Positions 1 to 13,582 of a stretch of 64,000 nucleotides of DNA are shown one piece after another. A program made the position numbers and the translations under genes. How positions within the stretch are numbered: position 1 is the stretch's first letter; each line of letters opens with the position of its first letter. Source of the stretch: Eledone cirrhosa (lineage: Eukaryota); NCBI GenBank assembly GCA_964016885.1, contig OZ024763.1, positions 20,212,001 to 20,276,000 of the forward strand. Reading direction: 5' to 3'. The notes beneath the pieces are model-generated. The model did no database searches and was not told where the DNA came from. It was given only the letters and a program-made list of their open reading frames with translations.

Positions 1-429
1 CAAACCTCACACCAAACATCACCCTATTGTGTTGAAGTAGGTGACATATTGGATAAAGCGTTCGAGGGCTATGTGGGACGTCTTGCGTCTATTGATATGG
101 GGATGAAGTGTATTATCAGAAAGTATTGGCTGCCAGCCTACAAGGGAACAACTATGACGTCGTTAAATGTGTTAGAAATAGCAGTCATATGCTTCCGCTC
201 TCATCCACTCAACAACACTCTGTGTTAAACTAGGTTACATATGGGCAGGAAGGTTAGAGCGTCGTGTGAAACGTCTTGCGGTATTGAAATTAAAGTTCAA
301 ATAGAAAAACCTGATTCCACCATCACGACGACCACCATCACCATCACCACCATTAGCAGCATTACTACCCCCAATTCCAGGCTATAATGCGTAAGGCAAT
401 CTTCCCAAAACTCTCTAACAAGTCCATTA

Positions 430-573
430 ATCCATCGTCCCTGAACCTGTACTTTGTCTTAATCTTATTCTATCGTCCGATGAAGGTCTAGGGTCCAAAA
501 CGTTAAGACACTACCTCCTACTATATCAACCGTATTGTTCTCTTATGTTGTTTTTCTTTGTTGACTTCTCGCA

Positions 574-575
<2 letters not shown>
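430..575 (+). mobile_element. Degenerate copy of hammerhead-bearing family C (Penelope-like remnant)
   Basis: ccgatgaaggtctagggtccaaaacgttaagac aligns with ctgatgaaagactagcgtccgaaacgttaagac at 45150; followed by (TA)n. Confidence 0.55.
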
Positions 576-633
<58 letters not shown>

Positions 634-1450
634 CATGTGTGTGTATGCATGTATGCGTGCGTGTATGTGTGCATGTGTGCGTGTGTGTGTTTGCATGTAT
701 GCGTGTGTGTGTATAAATATGTGTATATGTAGTATATATATATATGTGTGTGTGTGTTTGAGTGTATGTATTCACGTAGATTTAGTTTTAAATGTGCGTG
801 TTTGTGTGTGTGGTGTAGCCATTTAAGCAGAAAAATAGTGAGGAGGGTGTATATATATAATATATTTAGGTTTATATACACACACACACACACATCTATT
901 ATATATCCATGGGTAATTTAACACAGACAGTTTGTCCTCGTTTACAATTATATTCGCTCACACACATACAACCACACTGCATAGACATACATTGCAAATA
1001 TATTGTATATGCGTTACACACACACACATAGCATATGCACTACACGCACACGCAACATATGTACTACACACACACACTCAGCATATGCACTACATACACA
1101 TACACACACACAACATATGCACTACACACTCACACACTCAGCATATGCACTACACACACAGCATATACACTACACAGACACACTACACTCCAAACAGCAT
1201 ATACACACACACATATACACACACACATATATACACTACACACACAGCATACACACACATAGCATATACACTACACACATACACACACTCAGCATATACA
1301 CTACACACATACACACACACAATATACGCTACACACACATACACACACACAATATACGCTACACACACATACACACACACAATATACACTACACACATAT
1401 ATACACACGGCATATGCACTACACACAAACACAGCGTATACACTGCACGC
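576..1450. repeat. (TA)n/(TG)n/(CA)n compound microsatellite and CA-rich minisatellite
   Basis: Visible dinucleotide runs; ~30-bp unit acacacaatatacgctacacacacatac repeated. Confidence 0.9.
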
Positions 1451-1669
1451 AATACAAATATGTTTCGTAGTGTTGCACACAAGGCATCAATTAAATGCAT
1501 ACAGAGTATTTTTAGACAACATTATGCCTGCATGAGCCCTTAACTCTCGACAGTCTTAGGGGCGCCGTAGTGATACACAGCATGACTAAGGCATTTAAGA
1601 GTCGGTGAAACCTATCTCCACCCAAAGTGTGAACACCAGTCTATTTCTTCCTATGAAAGACAGAGAGAA

Positions 1670-1703
<34 letters not shown>

Positions 1704-1708
<5 letters not shown>

Positions 1709-1920
1709 AACGAGTAGGACCCCGACGGCTGAGCTCAAGCCGTTTCGACGGCTAATTCTGGACAGAATTAGCCGTCGAAACGGCTTGAGCTCAGCCGTCG
1801 GGGTCCTACTCGTTCCTATTACCCACTCTACTACCCTAAGTATTGAGTACTTTGGTGCGTCTAAGTATTGAGTACTTTGGTGCGTTATGGTCCATCTGGT
1901 TCCTTACCACATTTCCTTCG

Positions 1921-1922
<2 letters not shown>
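1704..1922 (+). mobile_element. Fold-back element family A (perfect ~57-bp-arm palindrome plus ~100-bp tail) in (TA)n
   Basis: Arms 1704-1760 and 1763-1819; 25-bp tandem duplication at 1836-1885; (TA)n on both sides; related copies at 15773, 17604, 29543, 29839, 36352, 46921. Confidence 0.85.
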
Positions 1923-1971
<49 letters not shown>

Positions 1972-2272
1972 GTATAGGATTATCCAAGATGTAGTAATGG
2001 TTAATTACTACACTGGATATGGTTGACGTACGGTAAGAGGTTACTCTACGAGTTATGGAAGAATTGTTGAAGAAACTTAGTTCCTGATCCTTCAGTATTC
2101 CGGAGTGTATATAAAGAATGAATAATAACAGGTAGACATCATAAAAAGGTAATTTATTCCGTGTGCTTACAAGTGTTTCCACGGTGGTACTGCAGCCTAG
2201 TTATGCTACGTGCAAATTCACAAGTACTTGCAGAACTCAAATATCCAATGCTGTGACCACTGTTTCCTCATT

Positions 2273-2307
<35 letters not shown>

Positions 2308-2544
2308 AATAAAATATAGAGTTAATAACTCATATAGATACGCTGCAATCGGGAGATGAAATGGTTATTGATATGGTATGTATGAGAAATCTTGTAAAAT
2401 CCCATATGATTCAGGTTGAATGATATATAACATTTGTGGTGTAATCTACCCTCGTAATTTTAGACACGAGTTTACTGTGTTTACTTCTACACATATTAAT
2501 ATAGATCTATATATATGTGTGTGAGGGTGTGTGTTAATTATTTC

Positions 2545-2700
2545 TGTAGCAAAGGTAAAGGAAAAGAGAGTGCTCTATGTATTGTATAGAGCTATTTAAT
2601 TACAAAATATACAACACAATATAATTATATCATTACCGAAGGTTTCAAGAAAGTAGATGATTCTTGTAAGAAACATCCAATTCAATCGTCAGACAAAATA
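2545..2700 (-). mobile_element. Family O dispersed element with degenerate hammerhead-like motif
   Basis: Minus strand CTGACGA...GAAACCTTCGGTA; similar sequence at 46720-46825. Confidence 0.45.
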
Positions 2701-2739
2701 GGTTTTATATATATATATGAGGAGAGAGAGAGAGGGGAA

Positions 2740-2900
2740 GAATCGATCCCTGTGCTAGACTGGTACTTTATTTATCGATCTCAAAAGGATGAAAGGCAAA
2801 GTTAACCTCGGTGTGATTTGAAGTCTGCGAGCAGAGAACCGGAACGAATACTGCAAAGTATTCTATCTGACGTTCTAACGACTCTGTCAATTCTCCGCCT
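2740..2900 (-). mobile_element. tRNA-derived SINE family 1, diverged copy
   Basis: ctggtactttatttatcgat...ggatgaaaggcaaagttaacctcgg...atttgaa matches the other copies in the window. Confidence 0.8.
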
Positions 2901-2989
2901 AGATAGGAATTTGTATACCACCATGACAGGAAAATCGTCACATGTATGTTAGTAGCTACATGTTTGTTGCAGTATAGTGTATTCTGACG

Positions 2990-5900
2990 TAGACATGTAG
3001 ATGTCAGCAGGTTGCATGACAGTGCATTCACATGTAGACATGTTGATGTCAGAAGGTTGCATCACACTATATTCACATGTAGACATGTAGATTGTCAGCA
3101 GGTTGTATGACACTACATTCACATGTAGACATGTAGATGTCAGCAGGTTGCATGACAGTGCATTCACATGTAGACATGTTGATGTCAGCAGGTTGCATCA
3201 CACTATATTCACAAGTAGACATGTAGATGTCAGCAGGTTGTATGACACTACATTTACATGTAGACATGTAGATGTCAGCAGGTTGTATGACAGTGCATTC
3301 ACATGTAGACATGTTGATGTCAGCAGGTTGTATGACACTACATTCACATTAGACATGTAGATGTCAGCAGGTTGCATGACACTACATTCACATTAGACAT
3401 GTAGATGTCAGCAGGTTGTATGACACTACATTCACATTAGACATGTAGCTGTCAGCAGGTTGCATCACACTACATTCACATGTAGACATGTAGCTGTCAG
3501 CAGGTTGTATGACAGTGCATTCAAATGTAGACATTTAGCTGTCAGCAGGTTGCATGACACTATATTCACATGTAGACATGTTGATGTCAGCAGGTTGTAT
3601 GACACTACATTCACATTAGACATGTAGCTGTCAGCAGGTTGCATGACAGTGCATTCAAATGTAGACATTTAGCTGTCAGCAGGTTGCATCACACTACATT
3701 CACATGTAGACATGTAGATGTCAGCAGGTTGTATGACACTACATTTACATGTAGACATGTAGCTGTCAGCAGGTTGCATGACAGTGCATTCAAATGTAGA
3801 CATTTAGCTGTCAGCAGGTTGCATCACACTACATTCACATGTAGACATTTAGCTGTCAGCAGGTTGCATCACACTACATTCACATGTAGACATGTAGATG
3901 TCAGCAGGTTGTATGACACTACATTCACATGTAGACATATAGATGTCAGCAGGTTGTATGACAGTGCATTCAAATGTAGACATTTAGCTGTCAGCAGGTT
4001 GCATCACACTACATTCACATGTAGACATGTAGATGTCAGCAGGTTGTATGACACTACATTCACATGTAGACATGTAGATGTCAGCAGGTTGCATGACAGT
4101 GCATTCACATGTAGACATGTTGATGTCAGCAGGTTGTATCACACTATATTCACATGTAGACATGTAGCAGTCAGCAGGTTGTATGACACTACATTTACAT
4201 GTAGACATGTAGATGTCAGCAGGTTGCATGACACTACATTCACATGTAGACATGTAGATGTCAGCAGGTTGTATGACACTACATTTACATGTAGACATGT
4301 AGATGTCAGCAGGTTGCATGAAAGTGCATTCACATGTAGACATTTAGCTGTCAGCAGGTTGCATCACACTACATTCACATGTAGACATGTAGATGTCAGC
4401 AGGTTGTATGACACTACATTCACATGTAGACATGTAGATATCAGCAGGTTGTATGACACTACATTCACATGTAGACATGTAGATGTCAGCAGGTTGTATG
4501 ACAGTGTATTCAAATGTAGACATTTAGCTGTCAGCAGGTTGCATCACACTACATTCACATGTAGACATGTAGATGTCAGCAGGTTGTATGACACTACGTT
4601 CACATGTAGACATGTAGATGTCAGCAGGTTGTATGACACTACATTTACATGTAGACATGTAGATGTCAGCAGGTTGCATGACAGTGCATTCACATGTAGA
4701 CATTTAGCTGGCAGCAGGTTGCATCACACTACATTCACATGTAGACATGTAGATGTCAGCAGGTTGTATGACACTACATTCACATGTAGACATGTAGATG
4801 TCAGCAGGTTGTATGACACTACATTTACATGTAGACATGTAGATGTCAGCAGGTTGCATGACAGTGCATTCACATGTAGACATTTAGCTGTCAGCAGGTT
4901 GTATGACACTACATTTACATGTAGACATGTAGATGTCAGCAGGTTGCATGACACTACATTTACATGTAGACATGTAGATGTCAGCAGGTTGCATGACAGT
5001 GCATTCAAATGTAGACATTTAGCTGTCAGCAGGTTGCATCACACTACATTCACATGTAGACATGTAGATGTCAGCAGGTTGTATGACACTACATTCACAT
5101 GTAGACATGTAGATGTCAGCAGGTTGTATGACACTACATTCACATTAGACATGTAGCTGTCGGCAGGTTGTATGACAGTGCATTTAAATGTAGACATTTA
5201 GCTGTCAGCAGGTTGCATCGCACTACATTCACATGTAGACATGTAGATGTCAGTAGGTTGTATGACACTACATTCACATGTAGACATATAGATGTCAGCA
5301 GGTTGCATGACAGTGCATTCAAATGTAGACATTTAGCTGTCAGCAGGTTGCATCACACTACATTCACATGTAGACATGTAGATGTCAGCAGGTTGTATGA
5401 CACTACATTCACATGTAGACATGTTGATGTCAGCAGGTTGCATCACACTATATTCACATGTAGACATGTAGATGTCAGCAGGTTGTATGACACTACATTT
5501 ACATGTAGACATGTAGATGTCAGCAGGTTGTATGACAGTGCATTCACATGTAGACATGTTGATGTCAGCAGGTTGTATGACACTACATTCACATTAGACA
5601 TGTAGATGTCAGCAGGTTGCATGACACTACATTCACATTAGACATGTAGATGTCAGCAGGTTGTATGACACTACATTCACATTAGACATGTAGCTGTCAG
5701 CAGGTTGCATCACACTACATTCACATGTAGACATGTAGCAGTCAGCAGGTTGTATGACACTACATTTACATTAGACATGTAGCTGTCAGCAGGTTGCATG
5801 ACAGTGCATTCAAATGTAGACATTTAGCTGTCAGCAGGTTGCATCACACTACATTCACATGTAGACATTTAGCTGTCAGCAGGTTGCATCACACTACATT

Positions 5901-8900
5901 CACATGTAGACATGTAGATGTCAGCAGGTTGTATGACACTACATTCACATGTAGACATGTAGATGTCAGCAGGTTGTATGACAGTGCATTCAAATGTAGA
6001 CATTTAGCTGTCAGCAGGTTGCATCACACTACATTCACATGTAGACATGTAGATGTCAGCAGGTTGTATGACAGTGCATTCAAATGTAGACATTTAGCTG
6101 TCAGCAGGTTGCATCACACTACATTCACATGTAGACATGTAGATGTCAGCAGGTTGTATGACACTACATTCACATGTAGACATGTAGATGTCAGCAGGTT
6201 GTATGACACTACATTCAGATGTAGACATGTAGATGTCAGCAGGTTGCATCACACTACATTCACATGTAGACATGTAGATGTCAGCAGGTTGTATGACACT
6301 ACGTTCACATGTAGACATGTAGATGTCAGCAGGTTGTATAACACTACATTTACATGTAGACATGTAGATGTCAGCAGGTTGCATGACAGTGCATTCACAT
6401 GTAGACATTTAGCTGGCAGCAGGTTGCATCACACTACATTCACATGTAGACATGTAGATGTCAGCAGGTTGTATGACACTACATTTACATGTAGACATGT
6501 AGATGTCAGCAGGTTGCATGACACTACATTTACATGTAGACATGTAGATGTCAGCAGGTTGCATGACAGTGCATTCAAATGTAGACATTTAGCTGTCAGC
6601 AGGTTGCATCACACTACATTCACATGTAGACATGTAGATGTCAGCAGGTTGTATGACACTACATTCACATGTAGACATGTAGATGTCAGCAGGTTGCATG
6701 ACAGTGCATTCACATGTAGACATGTTGATGTCAGCAGGTTGCATCACACTATATTCACATGTAGACATGTAGCTGTCAGCAGGTTGTATGACAGTGCATT
6801 CAAATGTAGACATGTAGATGTCAGCAGGTTGCATCACACTACATTCACATGTAGACATGTAGCTGTCAGCAGGTTGTATGACACTACATTCACATGTAGA
6901 CATGTAGATGTCAGCAGGTTGTATGACACTACATTTACATGTAGACATGTAGATGTCAGCAGGTTGCATGAAAGTGCATTCACATGTAGACATTTAGCTG
7001 TCAGCAGGTTGCATCACACTACATTCACATGTAGACATGTAGATGTCAGCAGGTTGTATGACACTACATTCACATGTAGACATGTAGATGTCAGCAGGTT
7101 GCATCACACTACATTCACATGTAGACATGTAGCTGTCAGCAGGTTGTATGACAGTGCATTCAAATGTAGACATTTAGCTGTCAGCAGGTTGCATCACACT
7201 ATATTCACATGTAGACATGTTGATGTCAGCAGGTTGTATGACACTACATTCACATTAGACATGTAGCTGTCAGCAGGTTGCATGACAGTGCATTCAAATG
7301 TAGACATTTAGCTGTCAGCAGGTTGCATCACACTACATTCACATGTAGACATGTAGATGTCAGCAGGTTGTATGACACTACATTTACATGTAGACATGTA
7401 GCTGTCAGCAGGTTGCATGACAGTGCATTCAAATGTAGACATTTAGCTGTCAGCAGGTTGCATCACACTACATTCACATGTAGACATTTAGCTGTCAGCA
7501 GGTTGCATCACACTACATTCACATGTAGACATGTAGATGTCAGCAGGTTGTATGACACTACATTCACATGTAGACATGTAGATGTCAGCAGGTTGTATGA
7601 CAGTGCATTCAAATGTAGACATTTAGCTGTCAGCAGGTTGCATCACACTACATTCACATGTAGACATGTAGATGTCAGCAGGTTGTATGACACTACATTC
7701 ACATGTAGACATGTAGATGTCAGCAGGTTGCATGACAGTGCATTCACATGTAGACATGTTGATGTCAGCAGGTTGTATCACACTATATTCACATGTAGAC
7801 ATGTAGCTATCAGCAGGTTGTATGACACTACATTTACATGTAGACATGTAGATGTCAGCAGGTTGCATGACACTACATTCACATGTAGACATGTAGATGT
7901 CAGCAGGTTGTATGACACTACATTTACATGTAGACATGTAGATGTCAGCAGGTTGTATGACACTACATTTACATGTAGACATGTAGATGTCAGCAGGTTG
8001 CATGAAAGTGCATTCACATGTAGACATTTAGCTGTCAGCAGGTTGCATCACACTACATTCACATGTAGACATGTAGATGTCAGCAGGTTGTATGACACTA
8101 CATTCACATGTAGACATGTAGATGTCAGCAGGTTGTATGACACTACATTCACATGTAGACATGTAGATGTCAGCAGGTTGCATGACAGTGCATTCACATG
8201 TAGACATTTAGCTGTCAGCAGGTTGTATGACACTACATTCACATTAGACATGTAGCTGTCAGCAGGTTGTATGACAGTGCATTCAAATGTAGACATTTAG
8301 CTGTCAGCAGGTTGCATCGCACTACATTCACATGTAGACATGTAGATGTCAGCAGGTTGTATGACACTACATTCACATGTAGACATATAGATGTCAGCAG
8401 GTTGCATGACAGTGCATTCAAATGTAGACATTTAGCTGTCAGCAGGTTGCATCACACTACATTCACATGTAGACATGTAGATGTCAGCAGGTTGTATGAC
8501 ACTACATTCACATGTAGACATGTAGATGTCAGCAGGTTGCATGACAGTGCATTCACATGTAGACATGTTGATGTCAGCAGGTTGTATCACACTATATTCA
8601 CATGTAGACATGTAGCTGTCAGCAGGTTGTATGACACTATATTTACATGTAGACATGTAGATGTCAGCAGGTTGCATGACACTACATTCACATGTAGACA
8701 TGTAGATGTCAGCAGGTTGTATGACACTACATTTACATGTAGACATGTAGATGTCAGCAGGTTGTATGACACTACATTTACATGTAGACATGTAGATGTC
8801 AGCAGCTTGCATGAAAGTGCATTCACATGTAGACATTTAGCTGTCAGCAGGTTGCATCACACTACATTCACATGTAGACATGTAGATGTCAGCAGGTTGT

Positions 8901-11260
8901 ATGACACTACATTCACATGTAGACATGTAGATGTCAGCAGGTTGTATGACACTACATTCACATGTAGACATGTAGATGTCAGCAGGTTGCATGACAGTGC
9001 ATTCACATGTAGACATTTAGCTGTCAGCAGGTTGTATGACACTACATTTACATGTAGACATGTAGATGTCAGCAGGTTGCATGACACTACATTTACATGT
9101 ATACATGTAGATGTCAGCAGGTTGCATGACAGTGCATTCAAATGTAGACATTTAGCTGTCAGCAGGTTGCATCACACTACATTCACATGTAGACATGTAG
9201 ATGTCAGCAGGTTGCATGACAGTGCATTCAAATGTAGACATTTAGCTGTCAGCAGGTTGCATCACACTACATTCACATGTAGACATGTAGATGTCAGCAG
9301 GTTGTATGACACTACATTCACATGTAGACATGTAGATGTCAGCAGGTTGTATGACACTACATTCACATTAGACATGTAGCTGTCAGCAGGTTGTATGACA
9401 GTGCATTCAAATGTAGACATTTAGCTGTCAGCAGGTTGCATCGCACTACATTCACATGTAGACATGTAGATGTCAGCAGGTTGTATGACACTACATTCAC
9501 ATGTAGACATATAGATGTCAGCAGGTTGCATGACAGTGCATTCAAATGTAGACATTTAGCTGTCAGCAGGTTGCATCACACTACATTCACATGTAGACAT
9601 GTAGATGTCAGCAGGTTGTATGACACTACATTCACATGTAGACATGTAGATGTCAGCAGGTTGCATGACAGTGCATTCACATGTAGACATGTTGATGTCA
9701 GCAGGTTGTATGACACTACATTCACATTAGACATGTAGATGTCAGCAGGTTGCATGACACTACATTCACATTAGACATGTAGATGTCAGCAGGTTGTATG
9801 ACAGTGCATTCACATGTAGACATGTTGATGTCAGCAGGTTGTATGACACTACATTCACATTAGACATGTAGCTGTCAGCAGGTTGCATCACACTACATTC
9901 ACATGTAGACATGTAGCTGTCAGCAGGTTGTATGACACTACATTTACATTAGACATGTAGCTGTCAGCAGGTTGCATGACAGTGCATTCAAATGTAGACA
10001 TTTAGCTGTCAGCAGGTTGCATCACACTACATTCACATGTAGACATTTAGCTGTCAGCAGGTTGCATCACACTACATTCACATGTAGACATGTAGATGTC
10101 AGCAGGTTGTATGACACTACATTCACATGTAGACATGTAGATGTCAGCAGGTTGTATGACAGTGCATTCAAATGTAGACATTTAGCTGTCAGCAGGTTGC
10201 ATCACACTACATTCACATGTAGACATGTAGATGTCAGCAGGTTGCATCACACTACATTCACATGTAGACATGTAGATGTCAGCAGGTTGTATGACACTAC
10301 ATTCACATGTAGACATGTAGATGTCAGCAGGTTGTATGACACTACATTCAGATGTAGACATGTAGATGTCAGCAGGTTGTATGACAGTGCATTCAAATGT
10401 AGACATTTAGCTGTCAGCAGGTTGCATCACACTACATTCACATGTAGACATGTAGATGTCAGCAGGTTGTATGACACTACGTTCACATGTAGACATGTAG
10501 ATGTCAGCAGGTTGTATGACACTACATTTACATGTAGACATGTAGATGTCAGCAGGTTGCATGACAGTGCATTCACATGTAGACATTTAGCTGGCAGCAG
10601 GTTGCATCACACTACATTCACATGTAGACATGTAGATGTCAGCAGGTTGTATGACACTACATTTACATGTAGACATGTAGATGTCAGCAGGTTGCATGAC
10701 ACTACATTTACATGTAGACATGTAGATGTCAGCAGGTTGCATGACAGTGCATTCAAATGTAGACATTTAGCTGTCAGCAGGTTGCATCACACTACATTCA
10801 CATGTAGACATGTAGATGTCAGCAGGTTGTATGACACTACATTCACATGTAGACATGTAGATGTCAGCAGGTTGCATGACAGTGCATTCACATGTAGACA
10901 TGTTGATGTCAGCAGGTTGCATCACACTATATTCACATGTAGACATGTAGCTGTCAGCAGGTTGTATGACAGTGCATTCAAATGTAGACATGTAGATGTC
11001 AGCAGGTTGCATCACACTACATTCACATGTAGACATGTAGCTGTCAGCAGGTTGTATGACACTACATTCACATGTAGACATGTAGATGTCAGCAGGTTGT
11101 ATGACACTACATTTACATGTAGACATGTAGATGTCAGTAGGTTGCATGACAGTGCATTAACATGTAGACATGTTGATGTCAGCAGGTTGCATCACACTAT
11201 ATTCACATGTAGACATGTAGCTGTCAGCAGGTTGTATGACGGTGCATTCACATATAAACA
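2990..11260. repeat. 45-bp satellite array, roughly 180-185 copies
   Basis: Unit acatgtagacatgtagatgtcagcaggttgtatgacactacattc with a small set of variants; occasional 44-bp units break the reading frames. Confidence 0.97.
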
Positions 11261-11623
11261 TATAGCTGCTAAAAGGTTGCACCACAGAGCACTTAAGTGT
11301 ATACACATAAGATCGAGCTGCTTACATAACTGTGCACACACATGTAGTACACATGTATATCCATGTTGGTTACATCACAGTGCAGCGATACATTTGTAAG
11401 TGCATGCTTTGTTATACGAACTAGCAGTAGAACTACCCTTCGGGTGGTTTTCTGCTAGCATGTGTAGTGTGTATATTGATATTATATGCAATATAAACGT
11501 TATCATATAACGATGCAAATATATGAACATTTATATAAGTGATATAATATAGCGTCCGTTATATCATAACCGGAAGTATTGACATTTTAAAAGAAGTGAA
11601 TCTTAAAATAAGCAATCATTATA

Positions 11624-11853
11624 CAGGGTGTTTCAAAAAATTTAATATCATTTGAGATTTTAATATCATTTGAGATGTAAATATCCCAGAAACTTCAAGG
11701 TTTAGAACAACGAGACTAAGCAGGCTCCATGTTGAGTAACACAAGATTTATTCCTCAAAACATGTCCACGTTATAACATTAATTCACAATATATATTTCA
11801 ATGTGACCACCTTGGGAACAGGCCATCGATATCAAATATTTTGAAACACCCTG
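11624..11853. mobile_element. Tc1/mariner-type MITE (~230 bp)
   Basis: TIRs CAGGGTGTTTCAAAA / TTTTGAAACACCCTG flanked by TA; internal 18-bp duplication. Confidence 0.85.
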
Positions 11854-11926
11854 TATATAAGAATATTTATGTTTAATCAACAGCTACGAAATTTAGTAGA
11901 TAAATTATGTAATATTCATTCATGAA

Positions 11927-12108
11927 TTGGCAGTATCGGTAGAGGGTCGGACGCCATGCTTTGACGCATAGAGTTACGGCCTTTGCCATTCTGAGTTCAA
12001 ATCCCGCCGAGGTTAACTTTGCCTTTCATCCTTACGGGGTCGATAAAATAAAGTACCAGTAATGAACTGGGTAATTGCTGGCCTTGTGCCAATAGTAGAA
12101 ACAATTAT
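11927..12108 (+). mobile_element. tRNA-derived SINE family 1
   Basis: A-box-like TGGCAGTATCGG, B box GAGTTCAAATCC, central GCCTTTCATCCTTACGGGGTCGATAAA (resembles the Meta-type SINE domain, from recall), tail GTAGAAACAATTAT. Confidence 0.9.
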
Positions 12109-12199
12109 ATTCAAAGTAATCCAACTTATTTTACTAACGGGATAAAAAAATATATTGAGGACACAGTCCCGCACTCCTCCCTCTATTATATTATGATAA

Positions 12200-12618
12200 G
12201 AGCGGTGGATTGGCAGTATCGGTAGAGGGTCAGACGCCATGTTAGGGCGGTGGATTGGCAGTATCGGTAGAGGGTCGGACGCCATGTTAGGACGGTGGAT
12301 TGGCAGTATCGGTAGAGGGTCGGACGCCATGTTAGGACGGTGGATTGGCAGTATCGGTAGAGGGTCGGACGCCATGTTAGGGCGGTGGATTGGCAGTATC
12401 GGTAGAGGGTCGGACGCCATGTTAGGGCGGTGGATTGGCAGTATCGGCAGAGGGTCAGACGCCATGCTTTGACGCATAGAGTTACGGCCCTTTCCATTCT
12501 GAGTTCAAATCCCGCCGAGGTTAACTTTGCCTTTCATCCTTACGGGGTCGATAAAATAAAGTACCAGTAATACACTGGGTAATTGCTGGCCTTGTGCCAA
12601 AAGTAGAAACAATTATAT
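12200..12618 (+). mobile_element. SINE family 1 preceded by five extra tandem copies of its 45-bp head
   Basis: Units start at 12200, 12245, 12290, 12335, 12380 and 12425; the last continues into a full SINE. Confidence 0.9.
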
Positions 12619-12732
12619 TATGATATGCACTGACTACATGCAACTGTCAGCTGCTGCATGAATATTTCACTCAAGTGTACACATATAGGTGTAGGCTGCT
12701 TAATTGCCTGTACGCAATACGTGTGAGATATA

Positions 12733-13050
12733 TGTTGCTTTGTGGTTAGAATATTCGGTTTACAATCGTAAGGTTCTGAGTTCGATTCCCGGTGGTGTGT
12801 TGTGTCCTTGAGCAAGACACTTTATTTCACGTTGCTCCAATCCACTCAGCTGGCAAAAAGGTGCGCTGTACTTGTAATTCGAAAGGACCAGCCTTGTCAC
12901 GTTCGATGTTACGCTGAATCGCTCTGAGAACTAAGTTAAGGGTATGTGTGTTTGTGGAATGCTCAGCCACTTGCACGTTAATTTCAGGAGCAGGTTGTTC
13001 CGTTGATCGTATCGACTGGAACACTCGTCGTCGAAACCGACGTAGTGCCT
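12733..13050 (+). mobile_element. tRNA-derived SINE family 2 (CORE-like)
   Basis: GTGGTTAG...GAGTTCGATTCCC followed by TGTGTCCTTGAGCAAGACACTT; 3' part recurs inverted at 44745-44900. Confidence 0.8.
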
Positions 13051-13275
13051 TCCATACGACTGTGCATGTAGATGTAGATGTTACCTGGCTGCACGAATGT
13101 GTGCACATGTAGAGACATGATCGTTGCATCACTGCACACTCACATGTATACATGTAACTGCATATTCCTTGCAGGCAGGACTGTTCAAGTGTACACTATA
13201 TGTGCACGTCTGGTGCATGTTTTTAGCCCTCACGTGTAATCACGTACGTGTGTTGGTTTCAGAATGTATTATTTC

Positions 13276-13475
13276 AGGGCGGTGGATTGGCAGTATCAGT
13301 AGAGGGTCGGACGCCAGCCATGATTTTCAGTATAGAGTTACGGCCCTTTACGGTCTGAGTTCAAATACCGCCGAGATTAATTTTGCCTTTCACCCTTACG
13401 GGGGTTGATAAAATAAAGTACCAGTCATGCACTGGGGTAATTGTTGGGGGTAATTGTTGGCCTTGAAATAATTAT
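13276..13475 (+). mobile_element. SINE family 1
   Basis: Same head, B box and central domain as the 11927 copy. Confidence 0.88.
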
Positions 13476-13582
13476 TTCACAGGTGCATAAACACATTATG
13501 CATTCAATATATGATATTGAATGTCTGTGCATTCCACATGTATGCATGCATTCGCATATTATTTTTTAATGTTTTTTTTTTA

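Noticed and set aside
3639-11399. 300-500 aa ORFs with a 15-aa repeat (TCRHVDVSRLYDTTF)
   Set aside because: Result of a stop-free 45-bp unit; 44-bp units repeatedly break the frame, ORFs occur on both strands, and there is no zinc-finger spacing.
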